A stretch of 41,039 nucleotides of DNA from a virus (IMGVR_UViG_648276644_000012:1-41039), one strand, 5' to 3'. Counted from the stretch's first letter, positions 20,314-30,824 are shown. Notes: generated by a model not told the origin, from the letters alone. Translations and numbers: made by a program.

Positions 20314-21719
20314 CCGGAGGATGAGGGAACGTATATTTCAGTTTCTTCGCGGACCAATGCCGGGCAATGCATACACATCATCAGCGCATCAGCCAGGTTA
20401 GGAGATGGAATACCGAGCTTCTGCTTCATTTCGACCTTAGTCATTAGCTCCAGCTTCCCGTTGTTATTGAATTTGCGCTGAATCTGCGTCAGTTCTGCAA
20501 ACAGCTTCTCCAGCATCTTCTCGCCTATCGCTTCTTTGTCGAAACTCAGCATGTCGTCGGGGTCTGCATACTCACCGTGAACAACCGCCCGATATGTCAG
20601 ATACAGCCTGTCAGCCAGCGCGTAATAGAATTGCGCTCGCTTATTGCGAAATACATCGCCAATAGTGCGAACGTTGTCGCCCTGTACTACTTCATCAGCC
20701 CATGCTCCGGCCTGATACGGCGCATCTTCATCGAATGGCGATTCGCTGCCCTTGAACATCGTGGCGGTGATTTTCTTGCCGGAGAACGCTTCCGTTGTCT
20801 GTCTGCGTAGCCCGGCACCAACACCATCACCATCCCACAGGTAATGGTCAGCGCCGTCTTCAATCGCCAGCGAAGTAGCCCAGTCAGCACCTTCATTGAT
20901 GTCCATCAGCAGGCCTTCGGCAATGCGCTTAACTACCGAACCGTGGCGCGATGCATAACCTTTAGCATCTGGCCCTGTATCTGATGGGTCATGCGCAGAG
21001 ACAACAGCGCCTTTCGCTTTCCATCCGAGTTTCTTGTGCGCATCGGTTGCAGCTTCAAGCCATTCACGTTTGATGATTGCCATATCACTTGCGCTCACTG
21101 GCTCACCAAGCCAGATGTGACGATACAGTGTCGGATTTCTGCGTTTACACTCTTCCATCTCCAGACGGAGAACTTCAGGAAAGTGCGGGTTGTCTGTATA
21201 GTTCACCGTCAGCAGACAAATATCATCGGGAGGATTTACAACGAATCGCTGATAGGTATCGTCGAGAATGTTCTTAGGGTTGAAGCTCACCCATATTTCG
21301 GAAAACGGCTTGCGGATGGTTGGTATCAGGATATCCCATGATTCCTTCGTTACCGCTTCCGCTTCTTCCACCCAGCAGATATCAATGCCTTCGAGCGATT
21401 TAATCTTCGTCGGGTTGTTTTTTATGCCGTAGAACATGAATTCAGCATTCGTTCCGAGATGACGAATCATTGAACGCTGAATTTCAAACTCAGCCGAATA
21501 CCCTTCCCGCTCGATGGTGTCTTCAAGCAACCGGATTACCGAATCGCTGATGCTGTTTTGCAGTTCACGAGCGCAGAGAATACGCACAGGCTGCCGACGC
21601 GCCGCTTCAACAAGAAGCCTCGCAATTGCCCATGACTTACCGCTACCTCGACCGCCTTTGGCGACTTTGTAGCGATGCGCCTCAATAAACGGTTCAAAGA
21701 TAGGATTAATCGAGGTCAT
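20307..21719 (-). CDS. gp2: Terminase large subunit
   Basis: 470 aa, Walker A KGGRGSGKS near N-terminus. Confidence 0.9.
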   Translation of the reverse strand: MTSINPIFEPFIEAHRYKVAKGGRGSGKSWAIARLLVEAARRQPVRILCARELQNSISDSVIRLLEDTIEREGYSAEFEIQRSMIRHLGTNAEFMFYGIKNNPTKIKSLEGIDICWVEEAEAVTKESWDILIPTIRKPFSEIWVSFNPKNILDDTYQRFVVNPPDDICLLTVNYTDNPHFPEVLRLEMEECKRRNPTLYRHIWLGEPVSASDMAIIKREWLEAATDAHKKLGWKAKGAVVSAHDPSDTGPDAKGYASRHGSVVKRIAEGLLMDINEGADWATSLAIEDGADHYLWDGDGVGAGLRRQTTEAFSGKKITATMFKGSESPFDEDAPYQAGAWADEVVQGDNVRTIGDVFRNKRAQFYYALADRLYLTYRAVVHGEYADPDDMLSFDKEAIGEKMLEKLFAELTQIQRKFNNNGKLELMTKVEMKQKLGIPSPNLADALMMCMHCPALVREETEIYVPSSSGW

Positions 21720-22141
21720 TTTCCGAATAGAGTGCTCATCGGTGATGTTTCAATCTGGATTGCGCCGCCGTCCTTACCGACAAGCTCGTTAGTTACCTTG
21801 TCGCCATACTTACGGGGATTCATTCTGGCCAGCGCCCATTTGCGGGTATCAACGCGAAGTCTTGCCTTTGCCACCTCGGCGGCATCAGGGATTACGTCGT
21901 CAGCAATTTCGAATATCTCTTCGAAAATAGAGTCGGCCCGAGTCTCTGTTGCCTTCGCGTACTGGTCACGAAACTCCTGATGTTCAGCCAGCCAGCGAAA
22001 AACTGATGTTTTGCTCGGCATTCCTGGGCGTTCGCAAACTTTGCGCAGACTCTCGCCGGAGGAAAGCAATGCGCAAATGTCATTAGCCACCTCCGGCATA
22101 TAATCAGAGGGGCGACCACCTTTCTTTTTCTCAGTCGCCAT
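21716..22141 (-). CDS. gp3: Terminase small subunit (Sf6 gp1-type)
   Basis: 141 aa MATEKKKGGRPSDYMPEVANDICALLSSGESL... resembles Sf6 small terminase as recalled. Confidence 0.8.
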   Translation of the reverse strand: MATEKKKGGRPSDYMPEVANDICALLSSGESLRKVCERPGMPSKTSVFRWLAEHQEFRDQYAKATETRADSIFEEIFEIADDVIPDAAEVAKARLRVDTRKWALARMNPRKYGDKVTNELVGKDGGAIQIETSPMSTLFGK

Positions 22142-22220
22142 ATTGATTATTTCCCTTCTGCTTGCTTATCCCATTCATCGCGGAATTTGGATGGGTTGTC
22201 GAAACCTTGAGTTGCCATGT

Positions 22221-22463
22221 TTACGCTCCGGTAGTGAACAGGTCTAACGCTTCCTTCGATTTACGCACCGCTTCGAATGTGCGGATCGTGATATCCGAAT
22301 TAGCGCCGCCTGACTGGAAGTGAATTTTAAATAGCTCAAGCTTCAGCTCGTCAGTGCCAATGAATTGAAATGCTTCTTCTGCGGCTGCGTTCTGGTTCAT
22401 GACCAGTTTGTAAATCTCTAACTGGAATTTCTGTTCTTCAGTCATGGGAATAATCTCTGCCAT
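22221..22463 (-). CDS. Hypothetical protein upstream of terminase
   Basis: 80-aa ORF in the lysis-terminase gap, same strand as late operon. Confidence 0.45.
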   Translation of the reverse strand: MAEIIPMTEEQKFQLEIYKLVMNQNAAAEEAFQFIGTDELKLELFKIHFQSGGANSDITIRTFEAVRKSKEALDLFTTGA

Positions 22464-22566
22464 TGTTGGCTCCGTTTATCCGTTAAAAGGGATATCAGTT
22501 AAGTTATCCCGTGCAGGGTATAAGCCATTATCAAGCCCCCCGTAGATAGGCTTTGTAATGACATCT

Positions 22567-23091
22567 TCAATTAATCAGCAGTTCAGGCTGTGTCACCTGC
22601 AAGATGTATTCATGCTCGACAGCCAGGACACGCTTCTCTTTCTTCCGTTCGTTCATTAACCGACTGCCGATCGTACCTTTCAGCTTTGAGCGTGTTTCTT
22701 TGATGGCGTAGCGGTGCTGCATTTCTTCGCCAATTGCCATGCGGCGGCTCAGTTGTTCTGCCATCCAGTTGAATGCTGCGATATAGCTCTCCTTGATTGC
22801 CGCAGCAGCTTTCCCGGTGAACCCCATCACAACCATGATCCAGCCATCTTTCGTCAGGCTGTACATCGGGCGAACCTTGCCCTGCTCATCGATATAATCA
22901 GCCGACGCAAAATTGCGTTGGCTAAACTCACGCGAGCAATCAGCCTTAACCTGCTCGATTTTCCTGAGAACATCACCGTGTCGCTTGCCGAAGTACTTGG
23001 CAATTTTTCTGGATGTGGTAACGACCTCTCCGTTTTTGGCTTGCACCATTTCTCGGAAGTCGAAGGCTGGAATAACTGAATGATTATTCAT
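22567..23091 (-). CDS. rha: Rha-family phage regulatory protein
   Basis: VVTTSRKIAKYFGKRHGDVLRKIEQ Phage_pRha-type N-terminal motif; start taken at MNNHSVIPAF. Confidence 0.7.
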   Translation of the reverse strand: MNNHSVIPAFDFREMVQAKNGEVVTTSRKIAKYFGKRHGDVLRKIEQVKADCSREFSQRNFASADYIDEQGKVRPMYSLTKDGWIMVVMGFTGKAAAAIKESYIAAFNWMAEQLSRRMAIGEEMQHRYAIKETRSKLKGTIGSRLMNERKKEKRVLAVEHEYILQVTQPELLIN

Positions 23092-23433
23092 AGCGTCTTT
23101 ACCTTTTAGAAAGTGAGCCTGTCTCACAGAAAAGCCGCCCGAGAGAGGTCGCCACCTATAACGGCATTTCTCAGGCTCGCTTACTGAAAGGCTCTCGTTA
23201 ATATGCGCGTGAGATGCGCTGTGAAATTCAGATATAAAAAGCCCCGCGAATGCGAGGCTAAATCCTGGTATTTGTAATGAACTGGCTCTTATCTCAACGC
23301 AGCCCCTTACTGCGCGCCAGATGCTCAATATCAAGCATCAGCAATGAGATGTTTAATCTGGATTTACTCCAGAAGTGATCACCACCCTGTCTACAGAGCC
23401 AGATGTGAAGGATGATGAGTAAAATTATCGCTA

Positions 23434-23871
23434 TCATCGAAGGCATTGCGTCCTAATGTATTCCTGCAGGTAGTTAACCTGCGCGGTTATCTTGTCGATT
23501 CCACTTCGGAGACGGTAATAATTGAGTTCAGCATCTGCTGTAAGTCCTGGGCTTTCTCCATCGCCCATGCCGCTGGCTCCGGTCGTTGACTTTGCACAGG
23601 TGGCGGCGACTTGCAGGCGCTTACGCCCAGCAGAAACATCAGCACGGAGACTTTCAATAGTCGCGTTAGCATCAGCAAGCTCCTTTGTGTATCTGGCGTC
23701 AAGTTCTGCTACATCACGTTGACGCTTCTGCATGTCAGCGATTGTGGATGTGGCCTTATCGCGCTGCTCTTTGTAGGTCATGGCGTTATCACGGTAATGA
23801 TTAACAGCCCATGACAGGCTGACGATGATGCAGATAACCAGAGCGGAGATAATCGCGGTGACTCTGCTCAT
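23434..23871 (-). CDS. Rz: Spanin inner-membrane subunit Rz
   Basis: N-terminal TM helix then coiled coil; position after endolysin; resembles lambda Rz. Confidence 0.8.
   Translation of the reverse strand: MSRVTAIISALVICIIVSLSWAVNHYRDNAMTYKEQRDKATSTIADMQKRQRDVAELDARYTKELADANATIESLRADVSAGRKRLQVAATCAKSTTGASGMGDGESPGLTADAELNYYRLRSGIDKITAQVNYLQEYIRTQCLR
23487..23672 (-). CDS. Rz1: Spanin outer-membrane lipoprotein Rz1 (embedded in Rz, +1 frame)
   Basis: Signal peptide with lipobox VSAC followed by Pro-rich [13 protein letters not shown], embedded within Rz. Confidence 0.6.
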   Translation of the reverse strand: MLTRLLKVSVLMFLLGVSACKSPPPVQSQRPEPAAWAMEKAQDLQQMLNSIITVSEVESTR

Positions 23872-24344
23872 ACCTCAATCTCTCTGACCGTTCCGCCAGC
23901 TTCTTTGAATTTTGCAATCAGGCTGTCAACCTTATGCTCGAACTGACCGTAACCAGCCCCCGGCAGTGAAGCCCAGATATTGCTGCAACGGTCGATTGCC
24001 TGACGGATATCACCGCGATCAATCATCGGTAAAGCGCCACGTTCCTTAATCTGTTGCAGTGCCACAGCGTCCTGGCTTTTCGGAGAGAAGTCTTTCAGGC
24101 CAAGCTGCTTACGATAGGCATCCCACCAACGGGAAAGAAGCTGGTAACGTCCGGCTGCTGTTGATTTGAGTTTGGGGTTTAGCGTGACAAGTTTGCGAGG
24201 GTGATCGGAGTAATCAGTGAACAGTTCGCCGCCTACAATGACGTCATAACCATGATTTCTGGTTTTCTGACGTCCGTTATCAGTTCCCTCTGACCACGCC
24301 AGCATATCGAGGAACGCCTTACGTTGATTATTGATTTCCACCAT
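23868..24344 (-). CDS. R: Endolysin R (lytic transglycosylase)
   Basis: [39 protein letters not shown]... matches lambda R as recalled. Confidence 0.9.
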   Translation of the reverse strand: MVEINNQRKAFLDMLAWSEGTDNGRQKTRNHGYDVIVGGELFTDYSDHPRKLVTLNPKLKSTAAGRYQLLSRWWDAYRKQLGLKDFSPKSQDAVALQQIKERGALPMIDRGDIRQAIDRCSNIWASLPGAGYGQFEHKVDSLIAKFKEAGGTVREIEV

Positions 24345-24651
24345 CTTCTACTCCGGCTTTTTTAGCAGCGAAGCGTTTGATAAGCGAACCAATCGAGTCA
24401 GTACCGATGTAGCCGATGAACACGCTCGTTATATAAGCGAGATTGCTACTTAGTCCGGCGAAGTCGAGAAGGTCACGAATGAACCAGGCGATAATGGCGC
24501 ACATCGTTGCGTCGATTACTGTTTTTGTAAACGCACCGCCATTATATCTGCCGCGAAGGTACGCCATTGCAAACGCAAGGATTGCCCCGATGCCTTGTTC
24601 CTTTGCCGCGAGAATGGCGGCTAACAGGTCATGTTTTTCTGGCATCTTCAT
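24328..24651 (-). CDS. S: Holin S (dual-start MKM motif)
   Basis: [41 protein letters not shown]... matches lambda S107 as recalled. Confidence 0.9.
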   Translation of the reverse strand: MKMPEKHDLLAAILAAKEQGIGAILAFAMAYLRGRYNGGAFTKTVIDATMCAIIAWFIRDLLDFAGLSSNLAYITSVFIGYIGTDSIGSLIKRFAAKKAGVEDGGNQ

Positions 24652-24945
24652 GTCTTACCCCCAATAAGGGGATTTGCTCTATTTAATTAGGAATAAGGTC
24701 GATTACTGATAGAACAAATCCAGGCTACTGTGTTTAGTAATCAGATTTGTTCGTGACCGATATGCACGGGCAAAACGGCAGGAGGTTGTTAGCGCAGCCT
24801 CTTGCCACCCGCTTTCACGAAGCCAGCCAGTGCGCTGGTTTTCTTTTATGCAAAGCACACCGCACCGTAGCCACAGCGGATAAGGTGATTATTTTTGTCT
24901 GTCTGGTATTTGGTTTGACGTGCTTTCAGAAAGGCCGTGCTTAAA

Positions 24946-24977
24946 ACGCAAAAAGCCCCGAGCTATTAACTCAGGGC
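24946..24977 (-). terminator. Rho-independent terminator downstream of pR' (tR'-like)
   Basis: Minus-strand transcript GCCCTGAG-loop-CTCGGGGC followed by TTTTTGCGTTTT. Confidence 0.6.
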
Positions 24978-25013
24978 TTTATTTAACGAGTGCATTTATC
25001 CATCGTTGGGTCA

Positions 25014-25042
25014 AATTTACCCAACTTTATTCAAAAAGTCAA
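25014..25042 (-). promoter_or_regulatory. Late promoter pR'
   Basis: Minus-strand -35 TTGACT (25037-25042) and -10 TAAATT (25014-25019), 17-bp spacing, immediately downstream of Q; sequence resembles lambda pR' as recalled. Confidence 0.6.
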
Positions 25043-25084
25043 TATCATGCCGTTAATATGTTGCCATCCGTGGCAATCATGCTG

Positions 25085-25708
25085 CTAACGTGTGACCGCA
25101 TTCAAAATGTTGTCTGCGATTGACTCTTCTTTGTGGCATTGCACCACCAGAGCGTCATACAGAGGCTTAACAGTGCGTGACCAGGTGGGTTGAGTAAGGT
25201 TTGGGATTAGCATCGTCACAGCGCGATATGCGGCGCTTGCTGGCATTCTTGAATAGCCGACACCTTTGCATCTTCCGCACTCTTTCTCAACAACTCTCCC
25301 CCACTGCTCCGTTTTGGCAATATCAACCGCCCGACCTGTACCGTGGCAATCTCTGCATCTTGCGCCCGGCGTCGCGGCACTACGGCAATAATCCGCATAA
25401 GCGAATGTTGCGAGCACTTGCAGTACCTTTGCCTTAGTATTTCCTTCAAGCTTTGCCACACCACGGTATTTCCCCGATACCTTGTGTGCAAATTGCATCA
25501 GATAGTTGATAGCCTTTTGTTTGTCGTTCTGGCTGAGTTCATGCTTACCGCAGAATGCAGCCATACCGAATCCGGCTTGTGATTGCGCCATCCCCATAGC
25601 AGCCATCACATCAGTACCGGAAAGAGAGTCAGAAGCCGTGGCCCGTGGTGAGTCACTCATCATCGGGCTTTTTGGCGAATGAAATTTAGCTACGCTTTCG
25701 AGTCTCAT
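25085..25708 (-). CDS. Q: Late antiterminator Q (lambda type)
   Basis: 207 aa MRLESVAKFHSPKSPMMSDSPRATASD... with Zn-finger CRDCHGTG...CGRCKG, matches lambda Q as recalled. Confidence 0.9.
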   Translation of the reverse strand: MRLESVAKFHSPKSPMMSDSPRATASDSLSGTDVMAAMGMAQSQAGFGMAAFCGKHELSQNDKQKAINYLMQFAHKVSGKYRGVAKLEGNTKAKVLQVLATFAYADYCRSAATPGARCRDCHGTGRAVDIAKTEQWGRVVEKECGRCKGVGYSRMPASAAYRAVTMLIPNLTQPTWSRTVKPLYDALVVQCHKEESIADNILNAVTR

Positions 25709-25893
25709 GGTCTTCCCCTCTTGCCCTGTTTGACCATCAGGACGCCGTTAACTATTACGTGACGCTCGCCTTTGCTGTCTCGGTTGTACTTGAGCACTGT
25801 TCCTCTTGCGCAGGAAAGCATCCTTGCCACTTCGGTCTGATTGCCTCGTGTCTGGATAAGAAGCTCTGGTATCGTTTGAATTGTGGCGTTCAT
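25705..25893 (-). CDS. ninH: NinH-like protein
   Basis: 62 aa with GNQTEVARMLSCARGTVLKY motif similar to lambda NinH. Confidence 0.65.
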   Translation of the reverse strand: MNATIQTIPELLIQTRGNQTEVARMLSCARGTVLKYNRDSKGERHVIVNGVLMVKQGKRGRP

Positions 25894-26252
25894 ACGTTCT
25901 CCAGTTCGGTGATTTTTATTCCAAGCCTTCCGCCTGGTACTTTCACACCACGAATTACGCGAATGTCATCGAATTGCTCGTCGTCTTCCGCAAATCCGGC
26001 GTGGATAAGGGAGTCGAGTAAACCCTTCAGGATGTTATCGAGGTCGCGGCGGCGGGAGTCTGGAACGTCTGCGATGACTTTGATACGGAGCCGTGATTTG
26101 GTGAAAATATCTAACTTGAGTTGGCGGATGATTTGCTGAACGTCTTTTCGGTATTTCTGACCTTTATCGCTGATGTAATATTGGCTTCCCCTTCTTCGCC
26201 AGTAGGTATTCACCGACGGCGGATATGGAAGCACAAACTGATATTCGTTCAT
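25890..26252 (-). CDS. rusA: Holliday junction resolvase RusA
   Basis: 120 aa; PPSVNTYW and DSRRRDLDN motifs match RusA family. Confidence 0.85.
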   Translation of the reverse strand: MNEYQFVLPYPPSVNTYWRRRGSQYYISDKGQKYRKDVQQIIRQLKLDIFTKSRLRIKVIADVPDSRRRDLDNILKGLLDSLIHAGFAEDDEQFDDIRVIRGVKVPGGRLGIKITELENV

Positions 26253-26539
26253 GACTTAATCTTCCCCTCCTTCAGCAGTATCGCCTGCGTCCTGATCACG
26301 CCTTCGAGGTGGTAAAGTCTGGCGTCTTTGTTGTCGAGATTATGGGTGCGTCGGTCGATTTCATCGTGACACGCACTACAAGCCCATGCGCCGATCAGGT
26401 CGTCAGGCTTCATTCCCGTTCCGCAAATTCCAGCCATCCGGTAATGTGCCAGAACTGTAGTTTCAGGATTACCATTGCATACGCCGTAAATACGTACCTG
26501 GCATTCTCTGTTGCGCGCTTCTTTGCGTAGGTTAGCCAT
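26249..26539 (-). CDS. YbcO-like nin-region protein (Cys-rich putative nuclease)
   Basis: 96 aa with multiple Cys (CQVRIYGVC...CSACHDEID); same position relative to rusA as ybcO in DLP12. Confidence 0.5.
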   Translation of the reverse strand: MANLRKEARNRECQVRIYGVCNGNPETTVLAHYRMAGICGTGMKPDDLIGAWACSACHDEIDRRTHNLDNKDARLYHLEGVIRTQAILLKEGKIKS

Positions 26540-27261
26540 TAAGCAGCCTCCCCTGTTACTTTCAGCATTCCGTTATCGAGCAGCTTTCTGGTCAGCCACT
26601 GTTGACCACGCCAGGTGATTTTTGTGGTGAACGATATCTGTATTCCGTGATTTGTGTTGACCGCTGTTTCTTTCACTGTGAAATAGCCGCGATCCATATA
26701 TTCCTGCATTGGCACATTGCGCCGGGAACCTGAAGCAATAAGGATTTTGTGATCGCGCATCCACGCAAACAGTTTGTTTGGACCAATACCAACAACCTTT
26801 GCAAAGTTTCCAATCAAAATTCCGCTGGCCTCGCCAACGCGATCGGCAAACTCAACTTTAGGTGCGGCAATTGCGAGCTGGTTTTCCAGCTGCATTTTCT
26901 GCTCAGCAAGATCAGCAGCAAGGCGCAACGCTTCCGGTAGCGTTTTGGGGATATTAACCGCAGCTTCTTCAAGCTCTCGCCAACGGTCAACAAGGCGAGC
27001 GGTGAACTCTGGCGACAACTGGGCAACAACGACAATACTGTCTCGCTTACCTTGTTCGCCCTCGAAGACGTAATGCTCGTACTGAACATTGAACCCTAAG
27101 TTATTGATTCTTTCGGAAACCTCAATTTGAGGAAGCCGGATAACACCATTTTTAGCCAGCGTTTCGATGGTACGTTTCACATTGTCATGACGCTTACCCA
27201 CCAACTCAGCGATTTCAATGCTTGTCATTTTTATGGCATTGCCATTTATTAACTCATTCAT
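26539..27261 (-). CDS. Rha/KilAC-family antirepressor-like protein in nin region
   Basis: N-terminal AIKMTSIEIAELVGKRHDNVKRTIETL (Rha-type) and C-terminal GNFAKVVGIGPNKLFAWMRDHKILIA (KilA-C/Ant-type) motifs. Confidence 0.65.
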   Translation of the reverse strand: MNELINGNAIKMTSIEIAELVGKRHDNVKRTIETLAKNGVIRLPQIEVSERINNLGFNVQYEHYVFEGEQGKRDSIVVVAQLSPEFTARLVDRWRELEEAAVNIPKTLPEALRLAADLAEQKMQLENQLAIAAPKVEFADRVGEASGILIGNFAKVVGIGPNKLFAWMRDHKILIASGSRRNVPMQEYMDRGYFTVKETAVNTNHGIQISFTTKITWRGQQWLTRKLLDNGMLKVTGEAA

Positions 27262-27430
27262 CGTCTTCTTCCTCGTACATTGAGCTATTCGGATCGCTCA
27301 TCAGTTCTGCACAGCAGTGCTCACACACGTGAACTTCCAGCACATGCAGCTTCTGACCGCAGTTAGCGCACGTTAAAGCTCGCTCGACGCTTTCTTTCTG
27401 GTATTGAAGGGATTGGGATGGGCTAAGCAT
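27254..27430 (-). CDS. ninF: NinF
   Basis: Manual translation [58 protein letters not shown], 58 aa, matches lambda NinF as recalled; below the 60-aa ORF-track cutoff. Confidence 0.7.
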   Translation of the reverse strand: MLSPSQSLQYQKESVERALTCANCGQKLHVLEVHVCEHCCAELMSDPNSSMYEEEDDE

Positions 27431-27818
27431 TATTGGCGTCCTGCATCATGAGAAAGACAATCATGGCGGCGCGTAGTGGATTAGACTGATGCTGAATTCC
27501 GAACTTTTGACAAGATGAAATAGCATCACACCACTCGTGATATTCGCCTTCATATCTCGTATCGGTACTATCAAACATTATGCTGATTTTGTTTTCAGTG
27601 ATAATTGGCCATGCGTCTGCTGGGTTTGCGCATGGGTTAAAGGATCCGCGCTCAACTTCTACTTCAACTGCGTCTCCGTTTACAATGTCTCCCTCAAATG
27701 AGATAAACACCATCGCGCCATTCTCACCTTCTTTGTAATCCGGTGATCCGTTATGAATGGCTTCGAATACCGCCACGTTAATTTCAAAATCACTTAACTG
27801 TGAATAATCCATTGTCAT
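27423..27818 (-). CDS. Nin-region protein (NinX-like)
   Basis: 131 aa from MTMDYSQ; start overlaps ninD stop (ATGA); function unassigned. Confidence 0.45.
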   Translation of the reverse strand: MTMDYSQLSDFEINVAVFEAIHNGSPDYKEGENGAMVFISFEGDIVNGDAVEVEVERGSFNPCANPADAWPIITENKISIMFDSTDTRYEGEYHEWCDAISSCQKFGIQHQSNPLRAAMIVFLMMQDANNA

Positions 27819-27991
27819 TTCCTCGCACGATGTCTTAGCCACCGGATATCCCACAGGTGAGCCGTATAATTGAAGGTTTTTACGTCAGATTCTTTTGGGA
27901 TTGGCTTGCGTTTATTTCTGGAGCGTTTCGTTGGAAGGTATTTGCAGTTTTCACAGATTATGTCGGTGATACTTCGTCGCTGTCGCCTCAT
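27815..27991 (-). CDS. ninD: NinD
   Basis: [58 protein letters not shown] matches lambda NinD as recalled. Confidence 0.75.
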   Translation of the reverse strand: MRRQRRSITDIICENCKYLPTKRSRNKRKPIPKESDVKTFNYTAHLWDIRWLRHRARK

Positions 27992-28428
27992 GCCGCCCTG
28001 TCTCCCCATCGCGCTTTCCATTCGAGAGCCAGTCGCGCTTCGTCTGACCACTTAACGCCACGCTCTGTACCGAATGCCTGTATAAGCTCTAATAGCTCCG
28101 CAAATTCGCTTACACGCATCCTGCTGGTTGACTGGCCTATTACCACAAAGCCATTCCCGGCAAGGTTAGGAACAACGTCCTGCTGCTTTAATGCTGCGGT
28201 AAACACACACTTCCAGCTTTCTGCATCCAGCCAGCGACCATGCCATTCAACCTGACGAGAGACGTCACCTAAGCAGGCCCATAGCTTCCTGTTTTGGTCT
28301 AAGCTGCGGTTGCGTTCCTGAATGGTTACTACGATTGGTTTGGTTGGGTCTGGAAGGATTTGCTGTACTGCGTGAATAGCGTTCTGCTGATGTGCTGGAG
28401 ATCGAATTTCAAAGGTTAGTTTTTTCAT
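27988..28428 (-). CDS. ninB: NinB (Orf-family recombination mediator)
   Basis: [51 protein letters not shown]... matches lambda NinB as recalled. Confidence 0.85.
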   Translation of the reverse strand: MKKLTFEIRSPAHQQNAIHAVQQILPDPTKPIVVTIQERNRSLDQNRKLWACLGDVSRQVEWHGRWLDAESWKCVFTAALKQQDVVPNLAGNGFVVIGQSTSRMRVSEFAELLELIQAFGTERGVKWSDEARLALEWKARWGDRAA

Positions 28429-28501
28429 GACTTCCCTCTCCCCCAAATAAAAAGGCCTGCGATTACCAGCAGGCCTGTTATTAGCTCAGTGATGTAGATG
28501 G

Positions 28502-29878
28502 TCATACGTCAGCCCCTTGTGCATATCGTCTGCCACGCGCAGCAGGTGCATTTGATGCTGTGCAAATCTGTCTGGCTTCATCCTGGTCACATGCAACAAA
28601 GTGTCCGTTGCAGAACCGCTGGTAAACCGTACCAAGTGAGCCAAAACGGTTTTTCGTCACGATGATTTCAGCAAATGGCGCGGCGCTACTGTTCTCGTCA
28701 TATACCGCTTCCCGATAGAGCATGATGATTGAGTCTGCGTCCTGTTCAATGCTTCCTGAATCACGCAAATCTGCGTTTGTCGGGCGTTTGTTTGGTCGCT
28801 TCTCAACATCGCGAGAAAGCTGACTCAGGGAGATAACAGGCGTTTTCAGGTCTTTCGCCATCGCCTTCAGGCTTCCGGAGATGTGAGCAATTGCGAGGTC
28901 GTTGCGGTCTGCTTTCGGCTTCTCAATCAGGCCAAGATAATCCGCCATGATGAGTGAGAGGTTCGGATTTTCCTGTTTGTGCCGTTCTGCGATAGAGCGA
29001 ATTTCTTCGACCGATAACCGCGAGGCATCGACTACCCATACATCCAAATCTGCAAGCTGACTCATGCCGTTAGCAACGCGCGCCCAGCCTTCGTCATCCA
29101 TCGATGCAGGATTTCGCAGCACGCTAACCGACATCCTCCCGGCGTTGGCAATGCTTCGCTCTGCAATCTGCAATGCGCTCATTTCCATCGAGAAAATCAA
29201 CACTCCGCGCCGGACGTCAGAACCAGGAATAACGCGGCTTGCAACGCCTTCGGCAATCTTCAGCGCCAGCTCGGTTTTCCCCATACCAGGACGAGCAGCG
29301 ATTATCACCAGGTCTTCTGCGTTCATCCCTCCGGTGATGGCGTCAAGTTCTTCGATTCCGGTCTTCAGGGTATCTGACTCTTCTCCGTTCCTCAGACGCC
29401 TGTCAAGCGTGTCAGTGTAGTCAGTGATGATTTCCCCTAACCGTACAGGTTTAACCTCGTCACGGGGCTTTCTGATGGCTGAGAGACGCTTTACAAGCTC
29501 GTCCATCGCCTGACTCGATGTATCGATGGTTCCGCTCTGAATTGGTTCACGCATTTCATCCATGATTTCCAGCACCAGACGGCGGTGATAATTATCCGAG
29601 ACCATTCCGGCATATCCCTTCAGGTTTGCGGCACTCGGGCAGTTTTTGCTGGTCATCAGGATTGACGTGAAATGCTCCTCTCCGCACGCCTCGGCAACCA
29701 TCAGCGCGTCGATTAGGTTTCTGTTTCTCGCCTGCTTACGGATAACTTCGAAGGCTTTCCTGTAGAGCGGAATTGAAAACGCTTCCGGCTCAAGCGTTGC
29801 CAGAACGTCACTGGCGGTTGGAGTTAATCCACCAATCAGCAGGCCACCGATAACGCTCGCTTCGATATCCTGTCTCAT
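28502..29878 (-). CDS. Replicative DNA helicase, DnaB family (P22 gene 12 analogue)
   Basis: 458 aa, Walker [16 protein letters not shown] and DnaB-type C-terminal domain. Confidence 0.85.
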   Translation of the reverse strand: MRQDIEASVIGGLLIGGLTPTASDVLATLEPEAFSIPLYRKAFEVIRKQARNRNLIDALMVAEACGEEHFTSILMTSKNCPSAANLKGYAGMVSDNYHRRLVLEIMDEMREPIQSGTIDTSSQAMDELVKRLSAIRKPRDEVKPVRLGEIITDYTDTLDRRLRNGEESDTLKTGIEELDAITGGMNAEDLVIIAARPGMGKTELALKIAEGVASRVIPGSDVRRGVLIFSMEMSALQIAERSIANAGRMSVSVLRNPASMDDEGWARVANGMSQLADLDVWVVDASRLSVEEIRSIAERHKQENPNLSLIMADYLGLIEKPKADRNDLAIAHISGSLKAMAKDLKTPVISLSQLSRDVEKRPNKRPTNADLRDSGSIEQDADSIIMLYREAVYDENSSAAPFAEIIVTKNRFGSLGTVYQRFCNGHFVACDQDEARQICTASNAPAARGRRYAQGADV

Positions 29879-30822
29879 GCAATCCCCCTGTCTGCAAACT
29901 TCCCTTCCCGAACTCCCGTTAACGAGTCTTCCCTCAGCAGGTAATCAAAATCAGCCGTCCAGCCCGTGTCGTTGTCTCCGAAGTAAAACGGCTTGGCCTG
30001 ATGCACAAACGCCCTGACATACGCTCTGAAACCGTCCACGTTTGGCGTTTTCAGTTGCGGGATGATTTTCTTCAGGCGGCGTTTTCGTTTCTCGTTGACC
30101 GCAACAGCGTGTGGCAGTCTGTCACCGACTTCGGTGTTGTAGGCGTTCAGGAAGGATTCGTAGTCGATTCGTTCTGCCTTGCGACGTTCAGGTTTAACCT
30201 GCCCATCGCCTCCCCCACTGGGGGGTAGGGGGGTATTATTTATATTCTTGTTAATACCTTCTTGTTCATGATGTGCGGTTGTTTGTGCGGCTTCATGTGC
30301 GCTTTCATGTGCGGCATGTACGCTGGAAGCCGCGCCATTACTGGCTTCATCATGTGCGGCTTCATGTGCGGTTGTTTGTGCGGCTTCATGTGCGGGTGAA
30401 TTGTCCATTTTTTGAGCATATTCATGGTAATTTGTGATAGTGATCACACGACCTTTTTGCTTCTCTCCATCAATGGAGATCATCCCCTCTTTCACAAAAA
30501 CCTGAAGCATCCGCTCAACCTGATCACGGCTTGCCGGCTTGCCATGCCTGTCGCATAACTGAAGACCTAAATCAGCTGCTGTCACAACCAGTTGACCGGG
30601 TTGCAGATGCCATTCATGACCTTTGAAATTCGCTTTGTATGGCTTTCTGGCGGCATTCAGGAGAAGGTTTTCCCACAGGGTGCGAAGATAAACATCTTTC
30701 GCCCATGACTGTTTCAGAATGCTCCGGTACAACGGAATGTAACCAGTTTTCTGGTTCTCCATCCTGTTGCTCCTGCGCTCGTGTGCGGCGCTGAAATCGT
30801 AGATTTTTGCTGTATTGCTCAT
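29875..30822 (-). CDS. Replication initiator (O-like), with ori iterons in the central linker
   Basis: 315 aa; N-terminal wHTH-like region, central His/Ala-rich low-complexity linker encoded by iterons, C-terminal domain; immediately upstream of the helicase. Confidence 0.7.
   Translation of the reverse strand: MSNTAKIYDFSAAHERRSNRMENQKTGYIPLYRSILKQSWAKDVYLRTLWENLLLNAARKPYKANFKGHEWHLQPGQLVVTAADLGLQLCDRHGKPASRDQVERMLQVFVKEGMISIDGEKQKGRVITITNYHEYAQKMDNSPAHEAAQTTAHEAAHDEASNGAASSVHAAHESAHEAAQTTAHHEQEGINKNINNTPLPPSGGGDGQVKPERRKAERIDYESFLNAYNTEVGDRLPHAVAVNEKRKRRLKKIIPQLKTPNVDGFRAYVRAFVHQAKPFYFGDNDTGWTADFDYLLREDSLTGVREGKFADRGIA
30265..30396. repeat. ori iterons inside the O-like gene, followed by an AT-rich segment (30397-30450)
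   Basis: Repeated TTCATGTGCGG-type units about six times; ~30-bp unit GTGCGGTTGTTTGTGCGGCTTCATGTGCG present twice (30272-30300 and 30365-30395). Confidence 0.6.
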
Positions 30823-30824
30823 AA

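Noticed and set aside
25201-26139. Several ORFs (62-126 aa) overlapping Q, ninH and rusA on either strand
   Set aside because: Alternative-frame or antisense reads within genes that match lambda Q, NinH and RusA
30265-30396. Possible CRISPR array suggested by short direct repeats
   Set aside because: Repeats are irregular, lack unique spacers of uniform length and lie inside a replication initiator CDS; consistent with ori iterons
30240-30425. 61-aa ORF rich in His/Lys/Pro/Met repeats (minus strand)
   Set aside because: Out-of-frame read through the ori iterons inside the O-like gene; the repetitive composition is a by-product of the DNA repeats
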